Below, piece after piece: positions 55,543 to 64,000 of a stretch of 64,000 bases of DNA. The notes beneath the pieces were generated by a model. The model ran no database searches, was not told where the DNA came from, and was given only the letters and a program-made list of their open reading frames with translations. The stretch comes from an uncultured Micromonosporaceae bacterium. Lineage in GTDB: Bacteria > Actinomycetota > Actinomycetes > Mycobacteriales > Micromonosporaceae. The translations under genes were made by a program, and so were the position numbers. How positions within the stretch are numbered: position 1 is the first letter of the stretch; the number at the start of each line of letters is the position of its first letter. The stretch lies in NCBI GenBank assembly GCA_966211315.1, contig CBIHNN010000013.1, positions 19,225 through 83,224 on the forward strand, read 5' to 3'.

Positions 55543-56517
55543 TCATCCGCCCGCCTCGGACGAGTGGCCGGGGAACAGGTGGGCGGCGGGATCGATGACC
55601 ACGGCCGCGTTGTTCACCGCCGTGGCCGCCTCGCCGAAGCCGGTGGCGATCAGCCTGATCTTGCCCGCGTACTCGACGATGTCCCCAGCGGCGAAGACGC
55701 GGGGCAGGTTGGTCGCCATGGTGCTCGTCACGAGGATGTGGCGGCGATCCAACTGCAGGCCCCACTCGGCGAGCGGGCCGAGGTCGGCGGTGAATCCCAG
55801 GGCGGCCACGACGGTGTCGACCGGGATGCGTCGCGTGCCGTCGCGGTCGACCGTGACGTCCGCGGCCGTCACCCTATGGGCGCCGTGCAGGGCGATGACC
55901 TGCGCGTTCACCAGGATGCGTACGGGCAGGGCCTGCACGCGGCCCACCGTGGCGGCGTGGGCGCGGAACCGGTCACGGCGGTGCACCAGCGTGACGGAGC
56001 GCGCCACGGGGTGCAGCGCGAGCGCCCAGTCGAAGGCGGAGTCGCCGCCGCCGACGATGAGCACGTCGTGTCCGGCGAGGTCGGCCAGCCGGGGAACGAA
56101 GTAGACGACTCCGTCCCCGGAGTACGCCTCCGCGGCCGGCAGTGGGCGCGGCGTGAACCCGCCCAGCCCACCGGTGACGATGACCGCGCCGCAGCCGAGG
56201 TCGGTGCCGTCGGCCAGATGCAGCACGGGCAACCCGTCGTCGCGGTAGGACAGCTTCTCCGCGCGTACCCCCAGCAGGTAGTGCGGCCCGAACGGGGCGG
56301 CCTGGGCGACGAGGTTCGCGACCAGGTCGCGGCCCTTGACGGTCGGCATGCCCGCGACGTCGAAGATGTCCTTCTCCGGATACATGGCGGTGATCTGCCC
56401 GCCGGGTTCCGGCAGCGTGTCGACGACGGCGACCGTCAGGCCGCGGAAGCCCGCGTAGTACGCGGCGAACAACCCGGTGGGACCCGCGCCGACGATGGCG
56501 ACATCGACCTTTCGCAT
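55543..56517 (-). CDS. thioredoxin-reductase-like ferredoxin-NADP(+) reductase / FAD-dependent oxidoreductase
   Basis: MRKVDVAIVGAGPTGLFAAYY (FAD GxGxxG), IVGGGDSAFDWA (NADPH site), and FAAGDI. Confidence 0.85.
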   Translation of the reverse strand: MRKVDVAIVGAGPTGLFAAYYAGFRGLTVAVVDTLPEPGGQITAMYPEKDIFDVAGMPTVKGRDLVANLVAQAAPFGPHYLLGVRAEKLSYRDDGLPVLHLADGTDLGCGAVIVTGGLGGFTPRPLPAAEAYSGDGVVYFVPRLADLAGHDVLIVGGGDSAFDWALALHPVARSVTLVHRRDRFRAHAATVGRVQALPVRILVNAQVIALHGAHRVTAADVTVDRDGTRRIPVDTVVAALGFTADLGPLAEWGLQLDRRHILVTSTMATNLPRVFAAGDIVEYAGKIRLIATGFGEAATAVNNAAVVIDPAAHLFPGHSSEAGG

Positions 56518-56601
56518 ACCGCTCGCCGCCTTCCGCCGTACGGAACCACGACCGTCATCCGTGACGGTAGGCCCGGGCGTGTGCGGGAGCAACCATGCGG
56601 A

Positions 56602-57267
56602 TCAGCCGGCGCGGCGGTCGAGCACCGCCGACGCCGCCGCGTGGACCGCCGGCTCCAGCGCCGCGGCGATCACGGCGTAACCCGCGCTGGACGGATGGAA
56701 CCGGTCGGAGCTGAACAACCCCGGATCGGCGGCGAACCCGGCGGACGAACCGACCGCCATGTCGGCGACCCGTGCCCCGGCGGCCAGGGCCGCGTGGGTC
56801 TGGGCCTCCTGGAGCAGCCTGCTGCCCGCCCGTACGGTCGCGCGCAGCTGCTGCGGCACCCACGGCACCACGCTCAGATCGGGCGCGGGCGCGATGACGA
56901 CTTCGGCGCCGGCGGCCCGGAGCGCCCGGATGGCGTCGGCGAGGTACGCGGCCGCCCGCTGCGCCGGGACGAAGTGGGTGAGGTCGTTCGCGCCGATGAT
57001 GATGAGGGCCATGTCGGGTTTCCAAGCCGTCGCGCGCTGGACCTGGCTCGCGAGGCCCCGGCTGTCGGCGCCCGGAACGGCGAAGACCCGTACCTGCGTG
57101 GCGGTGCCCGCCCGGTCCAGCCCGGCGGCCAGCCGCGACCCCACCGTGTCGGCCGGCCTGGCCGCGCCCTGCCCGTACGCGATGGAGTCGCCGAGAACGG
57201 CGAAGGCGAGTGTCACACGGTCACCAACGCCGGAGGAGGCCCGTTGCTTCCGGTACGGCGGGTGCAA
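56602..57267 (-). CDS. SGNH/GDSL hydrolase family protein
   Basis: Block I AVLGDSIAYG, block III IIIGANDL, block V DRFHPS. The start may be an internal GTG (VTLAFAVLGDS). Confidence 0.8.
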   Translation of the reverse strand: MHPPYRKQRASSGVGDRVTLAFAVLGDSIAYGQGAARPADTVGSRLAAGLDRAGTATQVRVFAVPGADSRGLASQVQRATAWKPDMALIIIGANDLTHFVPAQRAAAYLADAIRALRAAGAEVVIAPAPDLSVVPWVPQQLRATVRAGSRLLQEAQTHAALAAGARVADMAVGSSAGFAADPGLFSSDRFHPSSAGYAVIAAALEPAVHAAASAVLDRRAG

Positions 57268-57437
57268 AGCAGAGGCGACAGACCACCCGCCACCGCCGTC
57301 CTACGCTGTGGTTGCCCACTGGGAGGCCCGGATGGCAGCTGCCGGTCGACCTCGATCGGCATCCGGCTCGGCGTTTCGGGGTTGACCATCTCCTCGACGT
57401 GGCGGGCGTGAAGGGTCCGTACCCGTGGGGAACGCCC

Positions 57438-59093
57438 TCAGGCGTTGGTGGCCGGCTGGAAGCTCTTCAAAACGATCGTGAAGTCGTCCTTGCTCTTGTC
57501 CCACCGGTCCGGCGGTGTCCGCCACTGCACCAGGTACGTGTGGCCGCCTGCGACGAAGACGCGTTCGAGCCCGTGCAGCGCGCCTGCCTTGGGGTCGGTG
57601 AACATGTACTCCCATTCGGCGCCGGCGGATCCGGGCAGCGCAGCCATGCGGACCTTCTGGTAGGCGGGCAGGCCGGCCGTGTTCTCCTCGCGGCCGAGTG
57701 CGGCGAGCAGGTCCGGGCCCGCGTCGTCCCAGACGCGGACGCGCAGGGTCGGCGGACCGCCCGGGGCGCAGAAGAACATGACCGTGGGGCTTTCCCGCTG
57801 GTGCGACCAGTCGGCAGGCCAGGCGACCTTGTATCCCGTGCGGTCGGACCACCAGAGGAATCGGGCCGGCAGGACGAACGAGGTCTCCGGCGTCGCGGAC
57901 GAAGGCGGAGCCGAGGGCGTCGCGGACGAGGGCTCGGAGCCGGGGACGACGCTCGCGGCCGAAGCGGCGGCCGCGGCGGGCGTTCCGGCCGCGTCCGGCC
58001 GCGACGGGCGGTCGGCGGTCAGCGCCACCCCGGCCAGGGAGACGATGATCCCGGTCGCCGCCACGGCGGCGACCGTACGCCCGTGCCTGTGCCGCTGCTC
58101 GGCGGCTCTGGCGTAGAGCGCCCCGCTGCTGACGGGGGAGGTGTCGACGGGACGGACGTCGATCACAAGCGGGGGATCGGTGCTGGTTCCGGCCGCGGTC
58201 AGCGCGCGGTCGTCCTGCGGCGCGGGCTCAGGGGCCCGTGACTGGGGTACGTGGCGCAGATGCACGGTCGTCTGGACGTCCGCCAGTGGCCGGAGCCGCT
58301 CCTCGACCTCGGCGGGGCGCATCCGCATGGCCGGGTTGCGCTGCAGCAGTCCGAGCAGGACCGGCTTGAGCGGTCCGGCCAGCCGAAGGTGGTCCGGTTT
58401 GTCGGTGGTGATGGCGATGAGGCTGCCCAACGTCGTCGCGCGGGTATACGGTGGCCGTCCCTCCACGGCGGCGTAGAGGGTCGCGCCGAGCGACCAGAGA
58501 TCGGCCGCGGGGGACGACACCCCCCGGTCGACGCGTTCCGGCGCGGTGTACAGCGGGGATCCGAGGATCACACCGGTGCGGGTGATCGCGCCGTCCCCCT
58601 CGTCGATCATGGCGGAGCCGAAGTCGGTGAGTACGACCCGCCCGTCGTCGGCGATGAGCACGTTGCTGGGCTTGACGTCCCGGTGGAGCACTCCGGCCCG
58701 GTTGGCCGCGTCCAGCGCGGAGAGGATCGCGAGCCCGATGCCGGCCACCTGCTCGACGGGCAGCGGCCCGTTCTCCTCGATGACCTGCAGCAACGATCGT
58801 GACTGAACGTGCTCCATGACGATCCACGGTTGCTCGTCGCCGGACTGCACGTCGTAGATCCGTACCACGTTGGGGTGGCTCAGCCGGGCGGCGGCCCGCG
58901 CCTCGCGCAACGTCCGCAGGCGCAGTTCCTCCCGTTGCGCGTCCGGCAGGCCGAGGGGCAGGACGATCTCCTTGATGGCGACGTCACGCCGGAGGACCTC
59001 GTCGCGGGCCAGCCAGACGCGTCCCATACCACCGGCGCCGAGTGGGCGCACGATCCGGTAACGGCCCGCCACGAGGGGCTCAGTCGTGGTCAT
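57438..59093 (-). CDS. Hanks-type Ser/Thr protein kinase with TM helix and extracytoplasmic C-terminal domain
   Basis: GAGGMGRVW, VAIKEI, HRDVKPSNVL, TDFG, and TAPERV. TM VAAVAATGIIVSLAGVALT, then a Ser/Pro-rich linker and a roughly 190-aa domain. Confidence 0.9.
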   Translation of the reverse strand: MTTTEPLVAGRYRIVRPLGAGGMGRVWLARDEVLRRDVAIKEIVLPLGLPDAQREELRLRTLREARAAARLSHPNVVRIYDVQSGDEQPWIVMEHVQSRSLLQVIEENGPLPVEQVAGIGLAILSALDAANRAGVLHRDVKPSNVLIADDGRVVLTDFGSAMIDEGDGAITRTGVILGSPLYTAPERVDRGVSSPAADLWSLGATLYAAVEGRPPYTRATTLGSLIAITTDKPDHLRLAGPLKPVLLGLLQRNPAMRMRPAEVEERLRPLADVQTTVHLRHVPQSRAPEPAPQDDRALTAAGTSTDPPLVIDVRPVDTSPVSSGALYARAAEQRHRHGRTVAAVAATGIIVSLAGVALTADRPSRPDAAGTPAAAAASAASVVPGSEPSSATPSAPPSSATPETSFVLPARFLWWSDRTGYKVAWPADWSHQRESPTVMFFCAPGGPPTLRVRVWDDAGPDLLAALGREENTAGLPAYQKVRMAALPGSAGAEWEYMFTDPKAGALHGLERVFVAGGHTYLVQWRTPPDRWDKSKDDFTIVLKSFQPATNA

Positions 59094-59096
59094 GGA

Positions 59097-60638
59097 TCAC
59101 GCTCCGGCCGTACCGTCGAAATAGGTCTGGGCCCTCTGGTAGACGGCCTGGCCGATTCGGGTGCCGAGCGCGCGGCCGTCGTGGTCGCCGTCGGAGAAGT
59201 GGATTCCTCCGAACTCGCGGGACAATCCCGCCTCGTCGGCGGCGTCGTTCATGGTGCGCCAGGTGAGCGTGACGTCCTTGGCGGGGGTGAGGTCGGGCTC
59301 GATCTGCGACGAGCCCTTCGCCACCGTCACGGACAGGCCGAGCCGGTCGGATCCGGTGAACGCGCGGAGAACCTCGAAGGAGGCACCGCTGAACGTGCTG
59401 TGCCCGGATACGTACTCAGCGAACGGCGGTGTCACGACCGTCACCGGCTGGTACGGCATCCACTGCTCGCCCAGCATGGTCACGGTGCCGCGGCCGGGGC
59501 CGCCCCACGCCTTGATCTTGTTGCCCTTCTCCAGCGTGCGAACGAGGGTGATCGGCCGGACGAAGTCGTACTTCACCTTGTAGTACCAGGCGGCGATCCC
59601 GGCGTCGAGCGCGGCGTTGGCCTGGAGGAAGAGCAGCTTGACGTCGCTGTCGAGGTCGTCACCGCGCATCCGGCACAGCGCCGCGGCGAACAACGCGCTG
59701 TGGCCCGGCGGGAGTTCGGAGCGCGGGCCATCGGACCAGTATTCGGCGATCGCCTTGTCGTCGTCCTTGAGCTGGGCGCTGAACTTGACGATGTCCTGCA
59801 CCTGCTTGCGGTAGTCCTTCGTCAGGTCGGGCCCCGGCACCGGGAACTGGTCCGGCCGGCTCAGGGCGAACGGCGTGACCCGGCCCCACTGCGGCGTCGC
59901 GAACCTCTGCGTCGTCCCCGCCACCACCAGCGGCTGCCAGTGCCACGTCTCCTGTGGACCTGCCGGTTGGTAGCCGGTCCAGTCGGAGTAGGGCGCACCG
60001 CCCTTCTCGCCGTGCTGGTTGGATCCGTCGCCGGCGCGGGCGGCCAGGACCGCGGCGGCCGCCCGGTTGCCGACCCCGGCGCCCGAGGCGGGATCGACGG
60101 TGTTGTCGGCGGGGTCGTACCCCAGGGCGGTCATGAATTCGGTGAGTACGCCTCGCTGGCTCGGGAACAGATCCAGCAGAGCCCGGTACGCCGCGAAGCT
60201 GATCGCCTGGCTCTTGTTGTCGATCGTGCGCTCGTCGGCCGGACGGCGCAGCGTGCCGGCGAGCCTGGTGCCCACCGCCACCGGATCGTAGGCCGCCCAG
60301 GCGTCGTAGACGCTGGTCTGCACGACGGCCAGGACGCGCGATACCGCCGTGGGCGGCAGCGTGCTGGCCCGGATCATGCCCAGCGTCTCCTCGCTCCACT
60401 TCAGCGCGACGTTGTCCTGCGCGCTCGGACCGAACCGGTCCAACGGAAACGTCGCCTTCGGACCATTGGGTTTGGCAGGTTTCGGCTTGCCGGGCTTGGC
60501 GGCCTTCGCGGTGACCGCCGCGCTGCTCGCGGCATCCGCCCGCGGGCCGGCGGCGAGACCCGCCACGGCCAGCAGAATCGCGGAGACCAGGAATGTGATC
60601 AATGGAATTCTGCGCTGACTGATGAACTGCTGCACCAT
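59097..60638 (-). CDS. secreted PAP2-superfamily protein of the vanadium-haloperoxidase / acid-phosphatase-related type
   Basis: Start MVQQFISQRRIPLITFLVSAILLAVAGLAAG, preceded by GGAAGGA. PAP2 motifs K..VRPITLVR, YVSGHSTF, and SREFGGIHFSDGD. Its stop lies 3 nt before the kinase start. Confidence 0.75.
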   Translation of the reverse strand: MVQQFISQRRIPLITFLVSAILLAVAGLAAGPRADAASSAAVTAKAAKPGKPKPAKPNGPKATFPLDRFGPSAQDNVALKWSEETLGMIRASTLPPTAVSRVLAVVQTSVYDAWAAYDPVAVGTRLAGTLRRPADERTIDNKSQAISFAAYRALLDLFPSQRGVLTEFMTALGYDPADNTVDPASGAGVGNRAAAAVLAARAGDGSNQHGEKGGAPYSDWTGYQPAGPQETWHWQPLVVAGTTQRFATPQWGRVTPFALSRPDQFPVPGPDLTKDYRKQVQDIVKFSAQLKDDDKAIAEYWSDGPRSELPPGHSALFAAALCRMRGDDLDSDVKLLFLQANAALDAGIAAWYYKVKYDFVRPITLVRTLEKGNKIKAWGGPGRGTVTMLGEQWMPYQPVTVVTPPFAEYVSGHSTFSGASFEVLRAFTGSDRLGLSVTVAKGSSQIEPDLTPAKDVTLTWRTMNDAADEAGLSREFGGIHFSDGDHDGRALGTRIGQAVYQRAQTYFDGTAGA

Positions 60639-60940
60639 GAATTGTGTCCTTCCGTTCGACCCAGTTGTCATCCTGGCGTCGAAGGAATCAGAGATCGGGT
60701 CGACAGTGGCGACCCGGTGGCTGGAAGCGCCATCGGCCCGAAGGATCTTCGCTGGAATAGGCGCCGATTGTGGAAAGGTAGCCCGACTCGGGGCACCGTG
60801 CATCGACCGTTTTGGCGAGGCGATGCCCGTAGCGGACGATAAGTTGAAGACGTAAAGGGGGCTGTCCGGGCCGTCGCGGTCCCGGGGGTCGCGGGGCGGT
60901 CCGGCCAACGAACGCCGGCCGGCGGGACTAGGTTGGCGGT

Positions 60941-61990
60941 ATGGAGTATCGAGCTTTGGGCCGGTCGGGTTTGCGGGTCTCCGTTCTGACCATGGGCACC
61001 ATGACATTCGGCGGCAAGGGCGGCTTCGCGAACGTCGGGTCGACCGACGTCACCCAGGCACGGCGTCAGGTGGATCAGTGCCTGGAGGCCGGGGTCAACC
61101 TCATCGACACGGCCGACATGTACTCCGACGGGCTCGCCGAGGAAATTCTCGGGGAGGTCCTCGACGGACGGTGGGACGACGTCCTGATCGCCACCAAGGT
61201 ACGGATGCCGATGGGGCCCGGCCCCAACGACGCCGGGCTGTCGCGGCACCACATCGTGACCGGGTGCGAGGCCAGCCTGCGGCGGCTGCGTACCGACCAC
61301 ATCGACCTGTACCAGGTGCACGAGTGGGACGGGTTGACCCCGTTGGAGGAGACGCTCGAGGCGCTCGAGCTGCTGATGAACGCGGGCAAGGTGCGCTACG
61401 TCGGAACGTCGAACTATGCCGCCTGGCAGCTGATGAAGGCCCTCGGAACGGCCGACCTGCGGGGGCTGCCGCGGTTCGTCAGCCAGCAGATCTACTACTC
61501 GCTCCAGGCCCGTGACGCCGAGTACGAGCTGATCCCGGCCGCTGTGGACCAGGGCCTCGGCGTGCTGGTCTGGAGCCCGCTGGCGGGCGGCCTGCTCTCC
61601 GGCAAGTACCGGCGGGGACAGGAACCGGCGGAGGGTTCCCGGCAGCTCACCGACTGGAACGAGCCGCCGGTGTACGACCGCGAACGGCTGTACGACACCG
61701 TCGAGGTGCTGGTGGCCATCGCCGCCGAGCGCGGTGTCTCGGCGGCGCAGGTGGCGCTCGCGTACCTGCTCGGTAAGCCGGCGGTGACGTCGCTGGTGAT
61801 CGGGGCGCGGACCGATGAGCAGCTGGCCGACAACCTGGCCGCTGCGCAGTTGACGCTCACGCCGGATGAGCGCGCCCGGCTGGATGAGGCGAGTGCACCG
61901 CCGCTGCTGTACCCGTACTGGCACCAGGCCAAGACGGCCCGCGACCGGCTGTCCCCGGCGGACCTCACCCTGCTCGGCCCGTACCTGTAG
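60941..61990 (+). CDS. aldo/keto reductase (Tas/Kv-beta-like)
   Basis: MEYRALGRSGLRVSVLTMGTMTFGG, INLIDTADMYSDG, HIDLYQVHEWD, and VRYVGTSNYAAWQ. Confidence 0.9.
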   Translation: MEYRALGRSGLRVSVLTMGTMTFGGKGGFANVGSTDVTQARRQVDQCLEAGVNLIDTADMYSDGLAEEILGEVLDGRWDDVLIATKVRMPMGPGPNDAGLSRHHIVTGCEASLRRLRTDHIDLYQVHEWDGLTPLEETLEALELLMNAGKVRYVGTSNYAAWQLMKALGTADLRGLPRFVSQQIYYSLQARDAEYELIPAAVDQGLGVLVWSPLAGGLLSGKYRRGQEPAEGSRQLTDWNEPPVYDRERLYDTVEVLVAIAAERGVSAAQVALAYLLGKPAVTSLVIGARTDEQLADNLAAAQLTLTPDERARLDEASAPPLLYPYWHQAKTARDRLSPADLTLLGPYL

Positions 61991-62097
61991 GCGGCACCTT
62001 CGTCAGCTCGGTCTCCGTCCACCAGCCGATTGCCCGGCCGACCCGTCGATGCGAGGGTGGTGACCCGCACAACCGGCAACGCGTCGATGGGTCGATC

Positions 62098-62662
62098 ATG
62101 GTCAATGGCGCCCGCCCCGGCCTGAACCGGGAACGCATCAAGCACATCGTCGTGCTGATGATGGAGAACCGCTCGTTCGACCATCTGCTCGGCTACCTGG
62201 ACCACGACGATCCACCACTTCCACGGCATGGACCGGCTGCTCCAGGACATCGAACGCGGGACGCTCCCGGCGTACGCCTTCATAGAACCGAACCATGGGT
62301 TCGGCCCCGGTGACGGCAACAGCCAGCACCCCGGCAACAACACGATCAAGGGTGAGGCGTTCAAGGCCGGTGAGGCTCTGATCGCCCGGATCTACAACGC
62401 GCTGGTGGCGAACCCGCTGACCCGGCGCGAGGCGGACGCGGCGAACCTCCTCGACCACCTCCAGCTCCTCCCGGAGCGACGTGGGCGCCGTCCCGTACGC
62501 CGAGCCGGTGGCCGCGCCGAACGTACCGACCGGCCGAAGACTCACCGGCTTCCAGGCGAGCCTCGTCGAGCTCGCCGGCGCCGTACGCAACGCGCGCCGG
62601 TCGGCCGTCGGGGCGCAGGCGCTCGGGGTTCCGCCGTTCGTTGCGGATCCGGCCTGCCATGA
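62098..62662 (+). pseudogene. gutted phosphoesterase-family (phospholipase C / acid phosphatase AcpA-like) pseudogene
   Basis: Frame 1 reads RIKHIVVLMMENRSFDHLLGYL, the family N-terminal motif. Frame 2, from about 62215, reads FHGMDRLLQDIERGTLPAYAFIEPN...SQHPGNN...ALIARIYNALVANP. The hundreds of residues normally between and after these blocks are missing, and a frameshift separates them. Confidence 0.55.
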
Positions 62663-62773
62663 AGCGGTCGTCGCCGGCGTGCTGCGGCCGGGATCGGCGG
62701 CCGACCATTGCTGGAGGGCAAAGGCTTGCCGACTGTTCCCGCCGCCTGCCGGAGACGGTCTATCGTTGCGCGC

Positions 62774-63295
62774 ATGAGCGCACCGGAGTCTCCCTTGATC
62801 CCGGTGTTCGACAGCACGACGGTGCCCGTTCCGGTCACCACGACACCCGATCTGCTCACCCGGAGCTTCCTGATCGACGACGTCACCGGCCTGCGGCACG
62901 CGGTCCGCCGCCAGTCCGCATCGGCCGGGCTGACCGGTGGCCCCCTCGACGACTTCGTCGTCGCCGTGCACGAACTGGTGACCAACGCTGTACGCCACGG
63001 CGGGGGTCGCGGTCGGCTTCACCTGCGCCGCGACGGCGACACCCTCGTCTGTGACGTCGTCGACCACGGTGGCGGCTTCACTGACGGCGTACCGCTGCCT
63101 GCGGGGCCACCGCCTGCCGTCGTTACCGGTGGCCGGGGGCTCCTGCTGGCCGGCGTGCTCGCTGACACCCTCATGATCAGCGACGGCCCCGATGGCGTCA
63201 CCGCCACCGTGACGGCCTGCCTGCCGACCGCGCCGGCACTCGTCGATACCCCGGATCAGCCGTCCGAGGCCGATCCGCACGACTCGATCCGCTAG
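62774..63295 (+). CDS. HATPase_c-type ATP-binding protein (RsbW/SpoIIAB-like anti-sigma factor/serine kinase)
   Basis: N box HELVTNAVRHGGG, G1 VVDHGGGF, G2 GGRGLLLAGVLAD. 173 aa. Confidence 0.75.
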   Translation: MSAPESPLIPVFDSTTVPVPVTTTPDLLTRSFLIDDVTGLRHAVRRQSASAGLTGGPLDDFVVAVHELVTNAVRHGGGRGRLHLRRDGDTLVCDVVDHGGGFTDGVPLPAGPPPAVVTGGRGLLLAGVLADTLMISDGPDGVTATVTACLPTAPALVDTPDQPSEADPHDSIR

Positions 63296-63659
63296 ATGAT
63301 CGAGTCCTACATCCTCGCTGGTCAATAGTCGTACGCGATGAGCGATCGTGGGTTGGGTGCGCCGATGTCGGTGTTGTGCCAGATCACGGCGGCCAGAGCG
63401 AGCTGACGCTGACCGACGCGGGCGAAGAGGCCGTCGTGTCGGCGGGCTCCGTGTCGTTCCAGCGAGAGCTGGCCACTATCCAGCTCTACACCCTGCTCGA
63501 CTACCGGGCCGCCGACGTCGAGATTCGCGCCACCCGCTGCCGCCGCGACCGGTCAGCCCGCTGACCGGGATCAGCGTGTTCGGTCACCAGGTCATGTCCG
63601 CCGAGTTCGTCGGCGTTCGGCAGGAAGGCGGTGTTCTTTGGGCGGCCGGCTGAAGATGC

Positions 63660-64000
63660 TCAGTGCCGGAATTTGGCAATGAGATCGTTGAGGTTGGTGG
63701 ACATCTGGAAGAGTTCCGCGGTCTCTTTCTGGGAATCTGCGACGCCTTGGCTGGTGATCCGCGCCGATTCGGCCACGCTGGTGATGCTCTGGGCGATCGC
63801 GCCGGCGCCGGTAGCGGCCTCCGCGACGCTGCGGTTCATCTCCGCGGTGGTGGCGGTCTGCTCCTCGACCGCCGACGCGATCGTGGTCTGGAACTCACTG
63901 ATCCGGACGATGACCCGGGAGATCTCCTCGATCGCGGTGACCGCGCCGTTGGTGTCGGTCTGGATCGCTTCGACCCGCTGGGAGATGTCCTCCGTGGCTC
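63660..64000 (-). CDS. methyl-accepting chemotaxis protein, C-terminal signalling domain; 5' part outside the window
   Basis: I translated the minus strand by hand: ...IEEISRVIVRISEFQTTIASAVEEQTATTAEMNRSVAEAATGAGAIAQSITSVAESARITSQGVADSQKETAELFQMSTNLNDLIAKFRH-stop. This is the highly conserved MCP hairpin tip. It is absent from the supplied ORF track because no start codon lies in the window. Confidence 0.85.
   Translation of the reverse strand, partial: ATEDISQRVEAIQTDTNGAVTAIEEISRVIVRISEFQTTIASAVEEQTATTAEMNRSVAEAATGAGAIAQSITSVAESARITSQGVADSQKETAELFQMSTNLNDLIAKFRH

Noticed and set aside
54730-57411. 893-aa ORF on the plus strand
   Set aside because: It runs through the end of the LacI gene in another frame and antisense through the FNR-like and SGNH genes. 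No motifs are present.
58809-60842. 677-aa ORF on the plus strand
   Set aside because: It is antisense to the kinase and PAP2-like genes, which carry clear catalytic motifs on the minus strand.
63376-63564. 62-codon ORF with fairly high GC3 between the HATPase gene and the MCP gene
   Set aside because: It has no RBS and no recognisable motif, and it ends in an Arg-rich tail. The evidence is insufficient to call a gene.
1-64000. Mobile elements, prophage genes, tRNA/rRNA genes and biosynthetic gene clusters
   Set aside because: I scanned the translations for transposase DDE/integrase/recombinase, capsid/terminase and PKS/NRPS motifs, and the DNA for tRNA-like or rRNA-like AT-richer structured blocks. 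I recognised none.

Overview
The window is a very GC-rich actinomycete chromosomal segment, with G/C at almost every third codon position. I infer a Micromonosporaceae/Actinoplanes-like organism from a class I xylose isomerase of the Actinoplanes type and a chemotaxis-receptor fragment at the right edge. I support about 50 protein genes. I recognised no rRNA, tRNA, CRISPR array, transposase or integrase.

Gene content falls into four groups:

1. Three carbohydrate-utilisation loci:
- GH31, a XylFGH-like ABC transporter and a DUF4038 glycosidase.
- Sorbitol dehydrogenase, a CUT1 transporter and mannitol 2-dehydrogenase.
- xylA, a CUT1 transporter, GH3 and a LacI regulator.

2. Scattered housekeeping genes: ROK glucokinase, ATP-dependent DNA ligase, inositol monophosphatase (IMPase), glpX, aldo/keto reductases, crcB-DUF190-crcB, ferredoxin-NADP reductase and a rhodanese protein.

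3. A signalling island at about 27.2-38.5 kb:
- a membrane trypsin-fold pseudoprotease with a cytosolic zinc ribbon;
- a Ser/Thr kinase;
- a Crp regulator;
- an oppositely oriented Cu/Zn SOD;
- a zinc-ribbon/class III cyclase/STAND/TPR protein;
- a co-oriented giant protein combining an FHA domain, an ABC-exporter membrane domain, a nucleotide-binding domain (NBD) degenerate at Walker A, Q-loop, signature and Walker B motifs, and a cNMP-binding domain.

4. Smaller modules:
- a divergent pair of apparently cytoplasmic proteases (TPR-CHAT and S8);
- a tight GH16 / cellulose-synthase-like GT2 / HlyD-like operon;
- a PAP2/haloperoxidase-like gene 3 nt upstream of a second kinase.

The best candidate for an undescribed system is the cyclase + FHA/dead-ABC/cNMP pair at 32029-38471. 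A 24-bp inverted repeat shared by two xylose-related loci about 50 kb apart is a directly visible regulon signal. All functions are assigned from motifs read by eye in the supplied translations. No searches were run.
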